Shown in pieces: positions 63,079-64,000 of a stretch of 64,000 nucleotides of DNA (its first letter is position 1; each line of letters begins with the position of its first letter). A model generated the notes under the pieces. It was not told the origin of the DNA, did no database searches, and saw only the letters and a list, made by a program, of their open reading frames with translations. Source of the stretch: Macrostomum lignano. Its lineage: Eukaryota. The translations under genes and the position numbers were made by a program. The stretch is from positions 62,001 through 126,000 of the forward strand of contig NIVC01001184.1 in assembly GCA_002269645.1 (NCBI GenBank). Reading direction: 5' to 3'.

Positions 63079-64000
63079 CAATCAGAGTTGAATAGAAGCC
63101 AAAAACTAGGCTGTGTGGATGACATGCAAACACAGGTTGAGACTCAGCAATGGTCATATCCTCACGAAAACGGCAGCAGTGCTCAATTGGTAGCCATAAA
63201 AATGCCAATTGCAATCAAGTGTTGAGCAGTCAAGCGCACTCGCAAATAAAATTTTGCCTGAAAGATACCTTTAATCATAAAATCTTGTTAAAGCTATAAA
63301 AGTTAGTAATTATCTTTATTTAATAAAAAACCAAATTCCGGCGCACCCGCTGAGTGACCGCTTGCAGTAGCATAACACGCGTTTGAGCAGTAAATAAACA
63401 AAAAAGAGTAATATAAAATAAATTATAAAAACGCACTCAATCCGAGTGGAAACTGCTTCGATGACTGACTGACTGACGCTTTTGCGAAGCCTTCTCTTAT
63501 CGATCAGAGCCAGGCGCTGATGACCGACTTGGATGACAGATTTTATGGCGGAGAAAGATTCGGAACAGAGAGGAGAAAGTTGTTGCTAGGGTGAATCAGA
63601 ATCGGCATATTTTCCTATGTAATTCAATCGTGTTAATAAATTTGTTTAGCCGTGGCGCAAGAGAGAGAAAAAAGTAAAATTTTGAATCTGCACTAATTTT
63701 GATGCATTCTGGTAATAATCAATTTGAAATGCTGTTAGTTAGAGATTCAGTTTTATAAATTACCATAAGAACATTTTATGGACTAGGACTGTATGAGGAC
63801 TGTACATGATGCACTATTAGCACTATAGCAGTTTGCACTGCTGACACCAATGTTTAGACAAAGGTTGACGGCAATTCCTCCATTTTCGCTTCAGTCAGGA
63901 CTCGCCGACTTTGAGCAGCCTGTTTTGCACGCGTAAAAAGATAAAAAATGGTAAAATATCCAGTTAATGATTTGCCAGCAGTGTTATTGTGCAAGATGAT

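Noticed and set aside
63505-63540. ctgatga word (snoRNA box or hammerhead core)
   Set aside because: No terminal stem or matching GAAA/box D arrangement was found.

Overview
Eukaryotic, repeat-rich invertebrate genomic DNA. The gene style (intronless GC-rich secreted lectin and GPCR genes, dense mini- and microsatellites) resembles a free-living flatworm such as Macrostomum, but this is an inference. Six supportable host genes: an intronless class A GPCR (2776-3906 +); a small secreted precursor with 17 tandem GGQRWNK-type units (15330-15827 -); a two-exon C1orf131/FSAF1-like gene (17338-19093 -); a C-type lectin+PAN gene (40127-40906 -); a PAN+LamG/ConA-like gene (47806-48723 +); and a three-exon clarin (54688-56910 +). 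Mobile DNA includes a frameshifted RT+RNase H LINE, a solo LTR with a 5-bp TSD plus related LTR-like segments, Helitron and mariner relics, a MITE family, a probable SINE, and a pair of TA-flanked 23-bp terminal inverted repeats bracketing about 15 kb that holds four satellite arrays. Nearly all long ORFs in the track that lie inside tandem arrays are artefacts. The best leads are the GGQRWNK precursor (repeat variation is almost all synonymous), the satellite-laden TIR element whose arrays share a core motif, and a mariner relic decayed almost entirely by non-CpG C>T/G>A transitions.
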